From: a virus
Strand: one strand, 5' to 3'
Virus genome (UHGV): UHGV-1854010
Length of the DNA stretch: 43,028 nt
The translations under genes and the position numbers were made by a program. Shown piece after piece: positions 16,058 to 24,945 of this stretch; the first letter of the stretch is position 1, and each line of letters opens with the position of its first letter. Below the pieces are notes generated by a model, which was not told the DNA's origin, made no database searches, and saw only the letters and a program-made list of their open reading frames with translations.

Positions 16058-18457
16058 GTGGAATATAACAGAAAACTTTTGGTCAGCATGGCCGGATCAA
16101 GAAAGGCTACATACTGGCCGAAAAGTGAGATCATGTGGTCGGAATTTGTTGACCGGTTGAAAACTCCGGCCAGAAGTCTGGAAACCTTAGAAAATTATTT
16201 AGCATTGTCAAAGAGCCAACAAGCTGAATTGAAAGATGTTGGAGGGTTTGTCGGCGGTACCTTTTTCAATGATAGAAGAAAAGGGGCTTACGTGCAGGGG
16301 AGAGATCTGCTGACATTGGATATGGACAATATACCGGCAGGGCAGACAGAAGAAATATTGAAGAGAGTATCTGGACTGGGATGCGCAACAGTTGTTTATA
16401 GTACGCGGAAACATTCCGGATACGCCCCGAGGCTCCGGGTCATTATTCCTGTGGATAGAACGGCTACTCCGGACGAATATGAACCCGCAGCAAGAAAGGC
16501 GGCTGCATTGATTGGGATCGAGTTCTGTGACCCGACTACATTTGACGCAAGCCGGCTGATGTACTGGCCAAGCTGTTGTAAGGACGGGGAGTATGTTTAT
16601 CGGGTATATGATCATCCGTTCTGCAGTCTGGACGGGCTGTTAGGAATGTATAAGAACTGGAAGAATGTAGCCGAATGGCCGCAAGTACCCGGAAGTGAAA
16701 CCATTGAAAAAAGACGTCTGGCAAAACAGGAAAATCCGACAGAGAAAAAAGGAATCATAGGAGCATTCTGCCGTACGTATTCCATTACACAGGCAATGGA
16801 ACAGTTTATCCCGGGAATGTACGAACAGACGGATATTCCAAACAGATACACTTATACGGGAGGAACCACAACGGGAGGTGCGATTCTATATGACGGTGAT
16901 CTGTTCCTCTATTCCCACCATGCTACGGATCCGTGTTCCGGGCAATTGGTGAATGCGTTTGACCTGATCCGTCTGCATATGTATGGCGACCTGGATAAAG
17001 AAGCAAAAGAGGGAACCCCATCCGTAAAGCTTCCGTCTTTTCAAGCAATGGCAAAAATGGCACGAGCGGACAAAGAGGTGTCTACTCTTCTTATTAAAGA
17101 GAAGTTTGAACGGGCAAAAAAAGTATCTGGTCTGGAAAGTCCGGCACGGGAAGAGGACGGGAATGTAGACTGGGTACTGAATCTTACAAAAGATGGAAAT
17201 GGGAAAATCGAAAAAACGATTGCAAATGTAACACTGGTACTGGAAAATGATCCGCTCTTAAAAGGGAAGATCGTTATCGACCAATTTGCAAGCTGTGGAA
17301 TGGTGCTGGGCGCATTGCCATGGGATCAGAGAGAGGGAAAACGCCGTTGGAAAGATGTTGACTACGCAGGGTATTACCGATATATGGAGACATTTTACGG
17401 ACTTACGGGAAAAGAAAAGCTGGATAACGGCCTGCTGATCGTGAGCAGCCAGAATCAGATTAACGAGGTGGAGGACTATCTGGAGAGTTTGAAATGGGAT
17501 GGTAAAAAGCGTGTGGATACGCTGCTGTCGGATTATCTGGGTGCAGAGGACAATACCTATACAAGGGCGGTGATCAGGAAGTCTTTATGTGCTGCAGTAG
17601 CAAGAGCTGTAACCGGAGGAGTGAAATATGATTATATGCCGATCTTTACCGGACCGCAGGGAATCGGGAAAAGTACATTCCTTGCAATTTTAGGAAAACA
17701 GTGGTTTTCGGATTCTTTGACAAGCTTTGAAGGAAAAGAAGCAGCGGAACTGATACAGGGTACCTGGATCAATGAAGTGGGAGAACTGACAGCAATGACC
17801 AAGCAGGAAACCAGTGCGGTCAAACAGTTTTTAAGCAAGACACACGATATCTACAGGGCAGCGTATGGGCGTACAACAGATAAGTATCCCAGGAGATGCG
17901 TATTTTTTGGTACTTCAAATGACAGCGAATTCCTAAAAGATGCCACAGGCAACAGAAGATTCTGGCCGGTGGATGTGGGGGAGTATAAGGCAAAGAAATC
18001 TGTATGGGTGGATCTTCCGGAAGAAGTGGATCAGATTTGGGCGGAAACGTACATGTACTGGGTACTGGGAGAGTCTTTATTTCTGCCGAAAGAAATTGAA
18101 AAACTGGCAGAAGAACAGCAGGAAAAACATAGGGAATCTTTTGCAAAGGAAGGAGTGATCCGGGAATTTTTAGAACGGAAAATCCCCGTGGGCTGGGATG
18201 GTATGAATCTAATGCAGAGGCGGCAGTTCCTGCAAGGGGGTACGCATTTAACAGCGAACGTTGATCTGATGGATCGGAGAAAGGTATGCGCTGCAGAGAT
18301 ATGGCAGGAGTGCTTTGGTTCCGATATCAAATACATGGGGAAGAGGGACAGCATGGAAATCAACAACATTCTATCTTGTATAAGCGGATGGAAGAGGAAC
18401 AAAGCAACTCAAAGATACGGGTTTTACGGGACACAAAGGGGGTTCGAAAGGGTGTGA
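16058..18457 (+). CDS. Phage primase/helicase: N-terminal primase-like domain plus VirE/D5-type P-loop NTPase
   Basis: GTG start with RBS GGAGG; Walker A FTGPQGIGKST; Walker B-like NEVGEL; 799 aa, typical of VirE-family replication proteins. Confidence 0.75.
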   Translation: MEYNRKLLVSMAGSRKATYWPKSEIMWSEFVDRLKTPARSLETLENYLALSKSQQAELKDVGGFVGGTFFNDRRKGAYVQGRDLLTLDMDNIPAGQTEEILKRVSGLGCATVVYSTRKHSGYAPRLRVIIPVDRTATPDEYEPAARKAAALIGIEFCDPTTFDASRLMYWPSCCKDGEYVYRVYDHPFCSLDGLLGMYKNWKNVAEWPQVPGSETIEKRRLAKQENPTEKKGIIGAFCRTYSITQAMEQFIPGMYEQTDIPNRYTYTGGTTTGGAILYDGDLFLYSHHATDPCSGQLVNAFDLIRLHMYGDLDKEAKEGTPSVKLPSFQAMAKMARADKEVSTLLIKEKFERAKKVSGLESPAREEDGNVDWVLNLTKDGNGKIEKTIANVTLVLENDPLLKGKIVIDQFASCGMVLGALPWDQREGKRRWKDVDYAGYYRYMETFYGLTGKEKLDNGLLIVSSQNQINEVEDYLESLKWDGKKRVDTLLSDYLGAEDNTYTRAVIRKSLCAAVARAVTGGVKYDYMPIFTGPQGIGKSTFLAILGKQWFSDSLTSFEGKEAAELIQGTWINEVGELTAMTKQETSAVKQFLSKTHDIYRAAYGRTTDKYPRRCVFFGTSNDSEFLKDATGNRRFWPVDVGEYKAKKSVWVDLPEEVDQIWAETYMYWVLGESLFLPKEIEKLAEEQQEKHRESFAKEGVIREFLERKIPVGWDGMNLMQRRQFLQGGTHLTANVDLMDRRKVCAAEIWQECFGSDIKYMGKRDSMEINNILSCISGWKRNKATQRYGFYGTQRGFERV

Positions 18458-18625
18458 ACAAAGTAATCTTGGTAAGCGTGAACATTACCCACTTCCGTGA
18501 ACAAAGTACAAAAATGCTGATTTTTGAGGTTTGTTTACGTGTTCACGGTGTTGTTGCTATCTTGTTCACATAGAAAACCCAGTATATACGCTGTTTGTAG
18601 ATATATGTGAACAATGTGAACAAAC
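18454..18625. repeat. Iteron cluster: seven copies of GTGAACA(A) in both orientations (two exact GTGAACAAAGTA 43 bp apart, tandem TGTGAACAATGTGAACAAAC); putative origin or regulator-binding region
   Basis: Copies at 18454, 18478, 18497 (direct), 18540, 18562 (inverted), and 18606 and 18615 (tandem). The cluster starts at the primase stop codon and runs into an AT-rich tract. Confidence 0.5.
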
Positions 18626-18691
18626 TTTTTATAAAAAATAAAAAAATATAATTAAAGATATATATATACACCATAATATGCCATAAACGGC

Positions 18692-18718
18692 ATACGCGCG
18701 TATACATATACGCGTATA
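18692..18718. repeat. Two adjacent perfect palindromes ATACGCGCGTAT and TATACGCGTATA within an AT-rich tract upstream of the VRR-NUC gene
   Basis: Seen directly in the sequence, downstream of the iterons and an A/T-rich stretch (ttttataaaaaataaaaaaatataattaaagatatatatata). Confidence 0.5.
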
Positions 18719-18746
18719 GGGCTTGTTGTTGTCAGGAGGTAGGAGA

Positions 18747-19064
18747 ATGTTAGAAAAAGAAATTGAAAAAATCCTAGTACAAGAGGTAAAAAAACTGGGA
18801 GGTAGAGCTTATAAGTGGGTAAGCCCAGGGAACACAGGAGTACCGGACCGGATCATCATCTTTCCGGGACAGATGCCGATCTTCACAGAGTTGAAAACGG
18901 ATTCTGGAAAGGTGTCATCTGTCCAGAGAGTCCAGTTAAAGAGATTATCAGACTTAGGTCAACGGGTACATGTGATATACGGCATCTCCGGAGTCTGCCA
19001 GTTCTTTCAAGGTCACGGGTTTGAGGAAACAAGCAGAAAGTTGGTGCAGAGATATGGGCTGTGA
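18747..19064 (+). CDS. VRR-NUC domain nuclease
   Basis: RBS ggaggtaggagaATG. Motifs GVPDRIIIF..ELKT and QRVQLKRL follow the VRR-NUC pattern; found in its usual position next to an SNF2 helicase. Confidence 0.7.
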   Translation: MLEKEIEKILVQEVKKLGGRAYKWVSPGNTGVPDRIIIFPGQMPIFTELKTDSGKVSSVQRVQLKRLSDLGQRVHVIYGISGVCQFFQGHGFEETSRKLVQRYGL

Positions 19065-20487
19065 TGCAAAGAAGTTCATTCCCCACGAATACCAGAAGTA
19101 CTGTATCGATAAGATACTGGAGATTAAAAAAATCGGGCTTTTTTTGGATATGGGTTTAGGGAAAACAATCACAACATTGACAGCGGTAAAGGAATTAAAA
19201 TACAACCGGTTTGAAGTACAAAAAATTTTGGTGATCGCACCGAAAAAAGTCGCAGAGGGAACCTGGACGAAGGAAAAGGATAAATGGGAGCATACGCGGA
19301 TGATGCGGGTATCCCAAATACTTGGAAGCGAAGCAAAAAGGATACGTGCCCTTAATACGCCCGCCGATCTGTACGTCATCAATCGGGAGAATGTGGTGTG
19401 GCTGGTGGATTATTATCGCAATGCCTGGCCGTTTGACATGGTAGTGATCGATGAATCCAGCAGTTTTAAAAGCCATAAGGCAAAACGATTCAAAGCATTG
19501 GCAAGTGTGGGATCCCGGATTGAAAGGATGGTAGAGCTGACAGGAACTCCTTCTCCAAATGGACTGGAGGATCTTTGGGCGCAGGTCTATCTTTTGGATG
19601 AGGGGGAACGTCTGGGCAAGAGATACACTGGATTCCGGGAACGTTATTTTGATCCGGGAGACCGGGGACAGAATGTGATATACAACTATAAGGCGAAACC
19701 GGGAACCGAAGAAAGTATCCTACAGAAGATCTCAGATATCTGTATCAGCATGAAGGCAGAGGACTACCTGCAACTTCCGGATATCACATATCATGAGATC
19801 CCGGTGGAACTTGACAGCAAGTCAAGGAAGGCCTATACGGAATTAGAGTACAAGATGGTGCTGGAGTTGCCGGAGGATGAAGAAGAAATCAGTGTCACAA
19901 GTGCAGCAGCATTGAGTAATAAGCTGTTACAGCTTGGGAACGGGGCAATTTATGATGAAGACCGGAACTATCATGAAATACATAACTGTAAGATCGAAGC
20001 ATTCCTGGAACTGATCGAGTCCCTTCAGGGGAAACCGGCACTGGTGTTTTATAATTTCCAGCATGATAAGATCAGGATTCTGAAAGCACTGGAAAAATCA
20101 AAATTGCGGATCCGTGAGCTTAAGACGACGCAGGACGAGGATGATTGGAATGCAGGAAAGATTGACCTACTGCTTACCCATCCAGCCAGCAGCGCTTACG
20201 GATTGAATCTGCAGCAGGGGGGAAATCACGTGATCTGGTTCGGCTTGACGTGGAATTATGAACTGTATACGCAGGCAAATAAAAGACTACACCGACAGGG
20301 GCAGACGGAGAAAGTGATCATACATCACCTGGTCTGTACGGAGACCAGAGATGAAGATGTGATGAAAGCGCTTAGTAAAAAGGATGATGTGCAAGGCTGG
20401 GTAATGGCCAGTCTGAAGGCAAGGATTAAAGCGATAAAGGAGAACAAGGGTATTGACAGATCAGGCAAAGAACAAGGCGTTAAATAA
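19054..20487 (+). CDS. SNF2-family (DEAD/DEAH-like) helicase
   Basis: Motif I LDMGLGKT, motif II VVIDESS, and C-terminal helicase motifs (HRQGQT). The start may be 19021 or 19054. Confidence 0.8.
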   Translation: MGCDAKKFIPHEYQKYCIDKILEIKKIGLFLDMGLGKTITTLTAVKELKYNRFEVQKILVIAPKKVAEGTWTKEKDKWEHTRMMRVSQILGSEAKRIRALNTPADLYVINRENVVWLVDYYRNAWPFDMVVIDESSSFKSHKAKRFKALASVGSRIERMVELTGTPSPNGLEDLWAQVYLLDEGERLGKRYTGFRERYFDPGDRGQNVIYNYKAKPGTEESILQKISDICISMKAEDYLQLPDITYHEIPVELDSKSRKAYTELEYKMVLELPEDEEEISVTSAAALSNKLLQLGNGAIYDEDRNYHEIHNCKIEAFLELIESLQGKPALVFYNFQHDKIRILKALEKSKLRIRELKTTQDEDDWNAGKIDLLLTHPASSAYGLNLQQGGNHVIWFGLTWNYELYTQANKRLHRQGQTEKVIIHHLVCTETRDEDVMKALSKKDDVQGWVMASLKARIKAIKENKGIDRSGKEQGVK

Positions 20488-20653
20488 ACATTTCAGCGAG
20501 GTGTTATGCCCGGGATGCGGACAGGCCATCAGGGAATCGGATGATATGAGTCGTATCCAGTATGTGAGGACAAAGAGGGCAACGGATGTTTTTTTTCATA
20601 CTGAATGTTTTAGGAAAATATGGAACAGGAGAGAAAAGAATGGGAAAAGTTGA
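20453..20653 (+). CDS. Possible small zinc-finger protein (66 aa) overlapping the helicase 3' end
   Basis: CPGCG...H..C motif; no strong RBS. Confidence 0.25.
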   Translation: MTDQAKNKALNKHFSEVLCPGCGQAIRESDDMSRIQYVRTKRATDVFFHTECFRKIWNRREKNGKS

Positions 20654-21023
20654 TGATTATACAGCTGGCAGATCACAGGGATTGATTCTAGCAAGGGAGA
20701 TTGTAAAAAAAGACGGTATCGATGGACTGGAAAAAGAAATCCAGTTCCGGAATATCACAGGAATAAATACAGCATTAACCAGAAAAGAACTAAACATTGC
20801 CTGTGAGAAAATCAAAAACATGACACTGGACACAATGATGGTGATCGCAGTTGCAACGCTGCATGATGAGTTCGGCTTTGCCGGGAAACGGTGCAAGAGA
20901 TTTATCGACCGGATGAACCTGAAAGCAGAGTGTCTGGTGGATGATATGGCAACATGGGACGAATACACAAAGATGATTAAAGATGAGATTGGAATCGAGA
21001 TGACGATACGGAGGAATGACTAA
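20640..21023 (+). CDS. Hypothetical phage protein
   Basis: RBS caggagagaaaagaATG; the stop overlaps the next start (ATGA). Confidence 0.45.
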   Translation: MGKVDDYTAGRSQGLILAREIVKKDGIDGLEKEIQFRNITGINTALTRKELNIACEKIKNMTLDTMMVIAVATLHDEFGFAGKRCKRFIDRMNLKAECLVDDMATWDEYTKMIKDEIGIEMTIRRND

Positions 21024-21205
21024 TGCCAAAAGTGAAAGAAACACGCTTGCGAAAAGGCGACACGATCAAATGCGCTGATGCAGAGGATTGCGTGAGGACA
21101 ATGAATGAGTTGGCGGTCTGCGGGATAGAGACAGATTTTCTCTACGAAAAAGATGGAGAGAGTGGTTTATGGTTGGAAATAACGGGAGGAAAATTAGATG
21201 GATGA
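21023..21205 (+). CDS. Small hypothetical phage protein (60 aa)
   Basis: Translationally coupled with its neighbours. Confidence 0.35.
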   Translation: MPKVKETRLRKGDTIKCADAEDCVRTMNELAVCGIETDFLYEKDGESGLWLEITGGKLDG

Positions 21206-21527
21206 GAAGAAAGTTAGAGAAGCAATAGGAAGGTTTCAAGTTGGGATTAATGCGGAAAGAGAAATGATAAGGCGCAATAAAGCATTTTTCCAGAAACAAG
21301 ATAACAGTTATTTGGAAAGTGATATTGAAGTTTATTGCACAGCAATCGAAGCACTAGAAAAGCAGCTACCCCAAAAAGTGGAAGTTAAAGAGTGGAGTCC
21401 TGCCAGATGTCCTTCTTGTGGAACTGAATTATCTGAGTCTTTGGGAGATGGATATTATATGCATCCAACATTTTTAAAAAGATGTCCAAATGTAGATTGC
21501 AGTCAGTTACTTGATTGGTCGGAATAA
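21198..21527 (+). CDS. Hypothetical protein with a C-terminal zinc-ribbon (CPSCG...CPNVDC)
   Basis: RBS ggaggaaaattagATG; Cys pairs. Confidence 0.45.
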   Translation: MDEKKVREAIGRFQVGINAEREMIRRNKAFFQKQDNSYLESDIEVYCTAIEALEKQLPQKVEVKEWSPARCPSCGTELSESLGDGYYMHPTFLKRCPNVDCSQLLDWSE

Positions 21528-21576
21528 TATTCAAGTTCCCTGCGAGTGATCGTGGGGAGCGGAAAGGTAATAGAAA

Positions 21577-21858
21577 ATGAAAGCACCTAAAGAAATAGCA
21601 AGTAAAGCAGAAAGATATGAGGAGTTAAAAAAAGAAATAGATACACTTTATGAAGAATTGGAAGAATTTGCTAATGCAAATGGCTTTGAGGATTTTTGGA
21701 TAAATGGATTTGGTGTGTCTCAAGAACCTAATGGCGAAGAGCAGTTCAATGGAGAATATTGCGACCAGTGGATGCGCGGCGAAGATTCCGGCGATGGAAT
21801 ATATTACTATCCGATTGAAGGGAGTACGCAATATTTTTGGATAGCATATGCGTTTTGA
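21577..21858 (+). CDS. Hypothetical phage protein
   Basis: RBS gagcggaaaggtaatagaaaATG. Confidence 0.4.
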   Translation: MKAPKEIASKAERYEELKKEIDTLYEELEEFANANGFEDFWINGFGVSQEPNGEEQFNGEYCDQWMRGEDSGDGIYYYPIEGSTQYFWIAYAF

Positions 21859-21968
21859 TTGGAGGTGCGAATATGAAATTTGATTATGAGGAAAAAGTAA
21901 CTTATTTACACTGTATTGAAGTAGATACAGAAGAAAGAGCTGACAGGAGAGGAAATTGAGGTGATGGA

Positions 21969-22163
21969 ATGAAGAAAATAATGATAACTATATTGCGCAA
22001 AAATGGAGAATGCAGAACTTGGACAAATGCAAGTGCGGAAGAACACTTAGCAATGGGTCTTACAGCTTACGCGGAAGGTGTAAAAAGATGTGCGGAATCA
22101 TGGGAAAAAGAAACGGAAGAAGTGGAAAGAGTGGTGAAAGAAGCGCTGGAAAGCGAGAGATAA
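21969..22163 (+). CDS. Small hypothetical phage protein
   Basis: RBS gaggaaattgaggtgATGgaATG. Confidence 0.35.
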   Translation: MKKIMITILRKNGECRTWTNASAEEHLAMGLTAYAEGVKRCAESWEKETEEVERVVKEALESER

Positions 22164-22166
22164 AGT

Positions 22167-22355
22167 ATGAACACATTAGAGAAAATCGTGGAAGAAATCG
22201 AAAACATGAAAAATGATGCCTACGAAACACTGAAGGAAGAAAAGAAAAGACATGGAGCGAGCAAAACAGCAGAAGAGCTGAAAAGCTATCTTTATGGCTT
22301 GACCTGTGCAGTAGATATTGTGGAGAAATATGTGGGTAAGGAGAATGTGGAATGA
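22167..22355 (+). CDS. Small hypothetical protein; its N-terminus is paralogous to that of the next gene
   Basis: MNTLEKIVEEIEN here versus MNVLEKILEEIED in 22352..22858. Confidence 0.4.
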   Translation: MNTLEKIVEEIENMKNDAYETLKEEKKRHGASKTAEELKSYLYGLTCAVDIVEKYVGKENVE

Positions 22356-22858
22356 ACGTACTAGAGAAGATCTTGGAAGAGATTGAAGATCATGCGATAG
22401 AGTTTGAATCATTCGGAATGTGTGATGATTATGTAAGTGTTGGTTGGGCAAAAGACATTATCCGTTCTCATATGGGCGATGTTCCGAAGTGCAGAGAATG
22501 CAGCCGAAGAAAATTTTATATGCAAGGATATGAAGATGGGAAGAAAAATGACGGTTGGATTCCGGTAAGCGAGAAATTGCCGGAAGTCGGAAAAATGGTA
22601 AAAGTTACTGTACACTCATCTGAATGGATTGGAGACTATTATTCATACTGGGTCCCAGAAGAAGAAAAGACATACCATCCGGAAGAGCGCAATGTGTACG
22701 ACGGATACATAGATAGAGTGGGTATGTGGAAATTTTGTGATGATGGAGGTTCGGTCTACGCTTGCGACAAAGAATTTGGGACAGATAAGGAAATAGTGTA
22801 CGATGTCGTGACAGCGTGGATGCCGAAAGAACAGATAGAACCATACAAGGAGAAATAA
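22352..22858 (+). CDS. DUF551-domain phage protein
   Basis: The C-terminus GWIPVSEKLPE...VTAWMPKEQIEPY matches the DUF551 signature (W.PVSE.LPE ... VTHWMPLP). Confidence 0.55.
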   Translation: MNVLEKILEEIEDHAIEFESFGMCDDYVSVGWAKDIIRSHMGDVPKCRECSRRKFYMQGYEDGKKNDGWIPVSEKLPEVGKMVKVTVHSSEWIGDYYSYWVPEEEKTYHPEERNVYDGYIDRVGMWKFCDDGGSVYACDKEFGTDKEIVYDVVTAWMPKEQIEPYKEK

Positions 22859-22859
22859 C

Positions 22860-23051
22860 ATGGACATCATAATCACAATCGCATTCCTAGCCCTGTATTA
22901 CATCCTGGGGCTTGGAACAGTGATTACTTTAAAGGCAGGATTGGAAGAAGATGTGGAGTTGGAGTGTGAGGATTATTTAGCAGCGGCACGCTTCCCGATA
23001 CTGTTGTTTGTGATTTTTTTAGATTGGATTGTGCGGAAGATAGTGAGGTAA
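22860..23051 (+). CDS. Small membrane protein (two TM helices)
   Basis: Hydrophobic segments IIITIAFLALYYILGLGTVI and FPILLFVIFLDWIV. Confidence 0.4.
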   Translation: MDIIITIAFLALYYILGLGTVITLKAGLEEDVELECEDYLAAARFPILLFVIFLDWIVRKIVR

Positions 23052-23057
23052 GAAAAT

Positions 23058-23651
23058 ATGAAAAAATTTAATTGGAATGAATTTAAAAATAAAGACAATA
23101 AGATTGCAGTGCACTGCAAGACAGAAGAGGAAGCGAAAGACTTTTGCGAAAGAATGCATAAGCAAGGAATGAAGTGGTGTTCAGGCGAAAGCTACCTGAA
23201 AGAGACAAATTACGAATTCTGCGAAGAAGAAATATGTTATATCAAAGGAGAGTTTTCGCCGTATCAGTACTATAAAAGCAATGGGTATGAAATCTTAGAA
23301 TGGAGTGATTACATGCAGAAAGAATTTACAAAGGCGGATTTAAAAGACGGAATGGTGGTCGAATATAATGATAACTATTTCAGGAAAAGACTTGTTATAG
23401 GCGGCTTTTTGACTGGCGAAGATGGATATGCGGATTTGGGAGACTATAACGAAAACTTAAAAAGTGTGGTAAGCGATTTGGAAATAGTTAGAGTATATAA
23501 GATTAAATGCATGGGAAAAATTAGCAGTATCATGGAAGACCACAATCTTGAACTCATCTGGGAGCGCAAAGAACCAAAGAAAATGACTGTGGAAGAAATG
23601 CGACAGAAGCTTGAAGAGCTGACAGGAAAAGAGATTGAGGTAACGGAATGA
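23058..23651 (+). CDS. Hypothetical phage protein
   Basis: ORF of 197 aa; the ATG follows an AG-rich stretch. Confidence 0.45.
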   Translation: MKKFNWNEFKNKDNKIAVHCKTEEEAKDFCERMHKQGMKWCSGESYLKETNYEFCEEEICYIKGEFSPYQYYKSNGYEILEWSDYMQKEFTKADLKDGMVVEYNDNYFRKRLVIGGFLTGEDGYADLGDYNENLKSVVSDLEIVRVYKIKCMGKISSIMEDHNLELIWERKEPKKMTVEEMRQKLEELTGKEIEVTE

Positions 23652-23896
23652 ACAGGGAAACCATGAGACGCAGGAAGGAGACGGCAGGAGTCATCCGAAA
23701 GATAGATGCACATGATATGGCAACGAGAAAGCCCTGTGAGACCGCTTTAAAGCAACAGGAGCATGAAGCCTTTAAGTGCGACTTTAAAAGCCGTGAGATG
23801 GCGAATAAGGACGCTGTGGAGTACATAGCAGAGAAATACAACATAAAAGATCCTGTTCCGGGAGGTGATAGAGTTGGACAAGAACGTGATTTATGA
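23648..23896 (+). CDS. Hypothetical small basic protein
   Basis: ATGA overlap with the preceding gene. Confidence 0.35.
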   Translation: MNRETMRRRKETAGVIRKIDAHDMATRKPCETALKQQEHEAFKCDFKSREMANKDAVEYIAEKYNIKDPVPGGDRVGQERDL

Positions 23897-24281
23897 GTAC
23901 ATAGATGCAAAAGAATTGGTAAAAGAGACAGAGGAAGATATCAGGCGGCACAGAAGAAAGACGATCGTACAGGACAAGGTGACAGGCAGCAATCCAGAGT
24001 TTCCGTATCAGCCACAGAGCTTTAATATCTCTGGATGTATAGAGAACACGGTGAATATAGACGAAGAGGAACGGTTGTTGGAAGAACGAAAGCTGAACGC
24101 AAAGCGGATTAAAGTAAAAGCAGAGCGAGTAATCAATAAAGCTCCGGTAAGGATGCAGAGGATTATCCGGTTCAGGGTCATGCAAGGACTGACGTGGGAT
24201 GAAGTGGCTGCGAAAATGAAGGGAAATTGCACAGGAGATAGTGCAAGAATGGAATTTCAGAGGTGGATGAAAGAAAAATAA
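23865..24281 (+). CDS. ArpU-family phage late-gene transcriptional regulator (sigma-region-4-like HTH)
   Basis: About 135 aa, placed just before the packaging genes. The C-terminus RIIRFRVMQGLTWDEVAAKMKGNCTGDSARMEFQRWMKEK follows the ArpU pattern. The true start is probably TTG 23874 (RBS GGAGG at 23860). Confidence 0.6.
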   Translation: MIELDKNVIYEYIDAKELVKETEEDIRRHRRKTIVQDKVTGSNPEFPYQPQSFNISGCIENTVNIDEEERLLEERKLNAKRIKVKAERVINKAPVRMQRIIRFRVMQGLTWDEVAAKMKGNCTGDSARMEFQRWMKEK

Positions 24282-24285
24282 AAGT

Positions 24286-24311
24286 TTGTTCGTTTTGTTC
24301 ACATTGTTCGT
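24286..24311. repeat. Second copy of the GTGAACA/GAACAA motif cluster (TTGTTCG-TTT-TGTTCACA-TTGTTCG), inverted relative to 18606..18625
   Basis: The reverse complement reads CGAACAATGTGAACAAAACGAACAA and shares the 13-mer CAATGTGAACAAA with 18611..18623. Confidence 0.45.
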
Positions 24312-24388
24312 TTTAAATAATATATAGTATAACATGGAGTTAAAAGTTAAGCTCTAGCAATTAACTTTCTTTCCAATTACATTCAAGG

Positions 24389-24430
24389 CACCGCCGGACT
24401 TTCACCCTTTCTCGTCTGGCGGTGTTTTTA
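24389..24430 (+). terminator. Strong intrinsic terminator (11-bp stem CACCGCCGGAC/GTCTGGCGGTG, TTTTTAT)
   Basis: Seen directly in the sequence, about 105 bp downstream of the arpU stop. Confidence 0.8.
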
Positions 24431-24431
24431 T

Positions 24432-24475
24432 GCCGTGGTCAGTTGGGACAAGCAGGTTCGACCCCTGCACACGGC
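24432..24475 (+). ncRNA. tRNA-like minihelix: acceptor-like stem GCCGTG/CACGGC, D-loop-like TCAGTTGGGA, perfect T-arm GCAGG-TTCGACC-CCTGC; no anticodon arm
   Basis: Fold inspected by hand. The D-loop and T-loop sequences resemble the neighbouring tRNA-Asn (AGCTCAGTTGGGAGAGC; GCAGGTTCGAATCCTGC). Confidence 0.4.
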
Positions 24476-24665
24476 TTTGTGATGTAAGATGCAGGCTGCA
24501 CAGCTGAGGTCTGTTCTGGGAGTGCACACCGGACTTACATTGCAATGGTACCAAAACGCAGATATCCGCAGATCTGCAAAACAAACAAATAGATTCAGCA
24601 ATCTATATTTTGTGTCAGTGCCCGAGTGCGGATAGGGTAAAGGATGTCAATAAAAGGCATCCTAC

Positions 24666-24738
24666 GGGTGTATAGCTCAGTTGGGAGAGCGATCGGCTGT
24701 TAACCGATGTGTCGCAGGTTCGAATCCTGCTATACCCG
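24666..24738 (+). tRNA. tRNA-Asn (anticodon GTT), phage-encoded, no encoded CCA
   Basis: Manual cloverleaf. Acceptor stem GGGTGTA/TATACCC (one G.U pair), D arm GCTC-AGTTGGGA-GAGC, anticodon arm ATCGG-CTGTTAA-CCGAT, variable loop GTGTC, T arm GCAGG-TTCGAAT-CCTGC, discriminator G. Confidence 0.85.
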
Positions 24739-24945
24739 TTGTGGACTACTGCAAGTTCCCCTTTTCTTATAAATTTTGATTGTGTACTTGGTTATTTTGG
24801 TTTTTGTTGGCGTTTGTAATTTTCATAGCAGTAATCCTAAATTCTTAGCATCCAGTTGATGGGTACTTTTGCTTGAAAGAGAATAGGGGGCATTGTAAAA
24901 TATATGCGTGGTAATTGTTAGGCGCAGGATGAGGAGGAAAAACGC

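Noticed and set aside
24432-24475. Whether the tRNA-like element is a second functional tRNA
   Set aside because: No anticodon arm can be formed (only about 13 nt between the acceptor stem and T arm). It is reported only as a tRNA-like minihelix or pseudo-tRNA.
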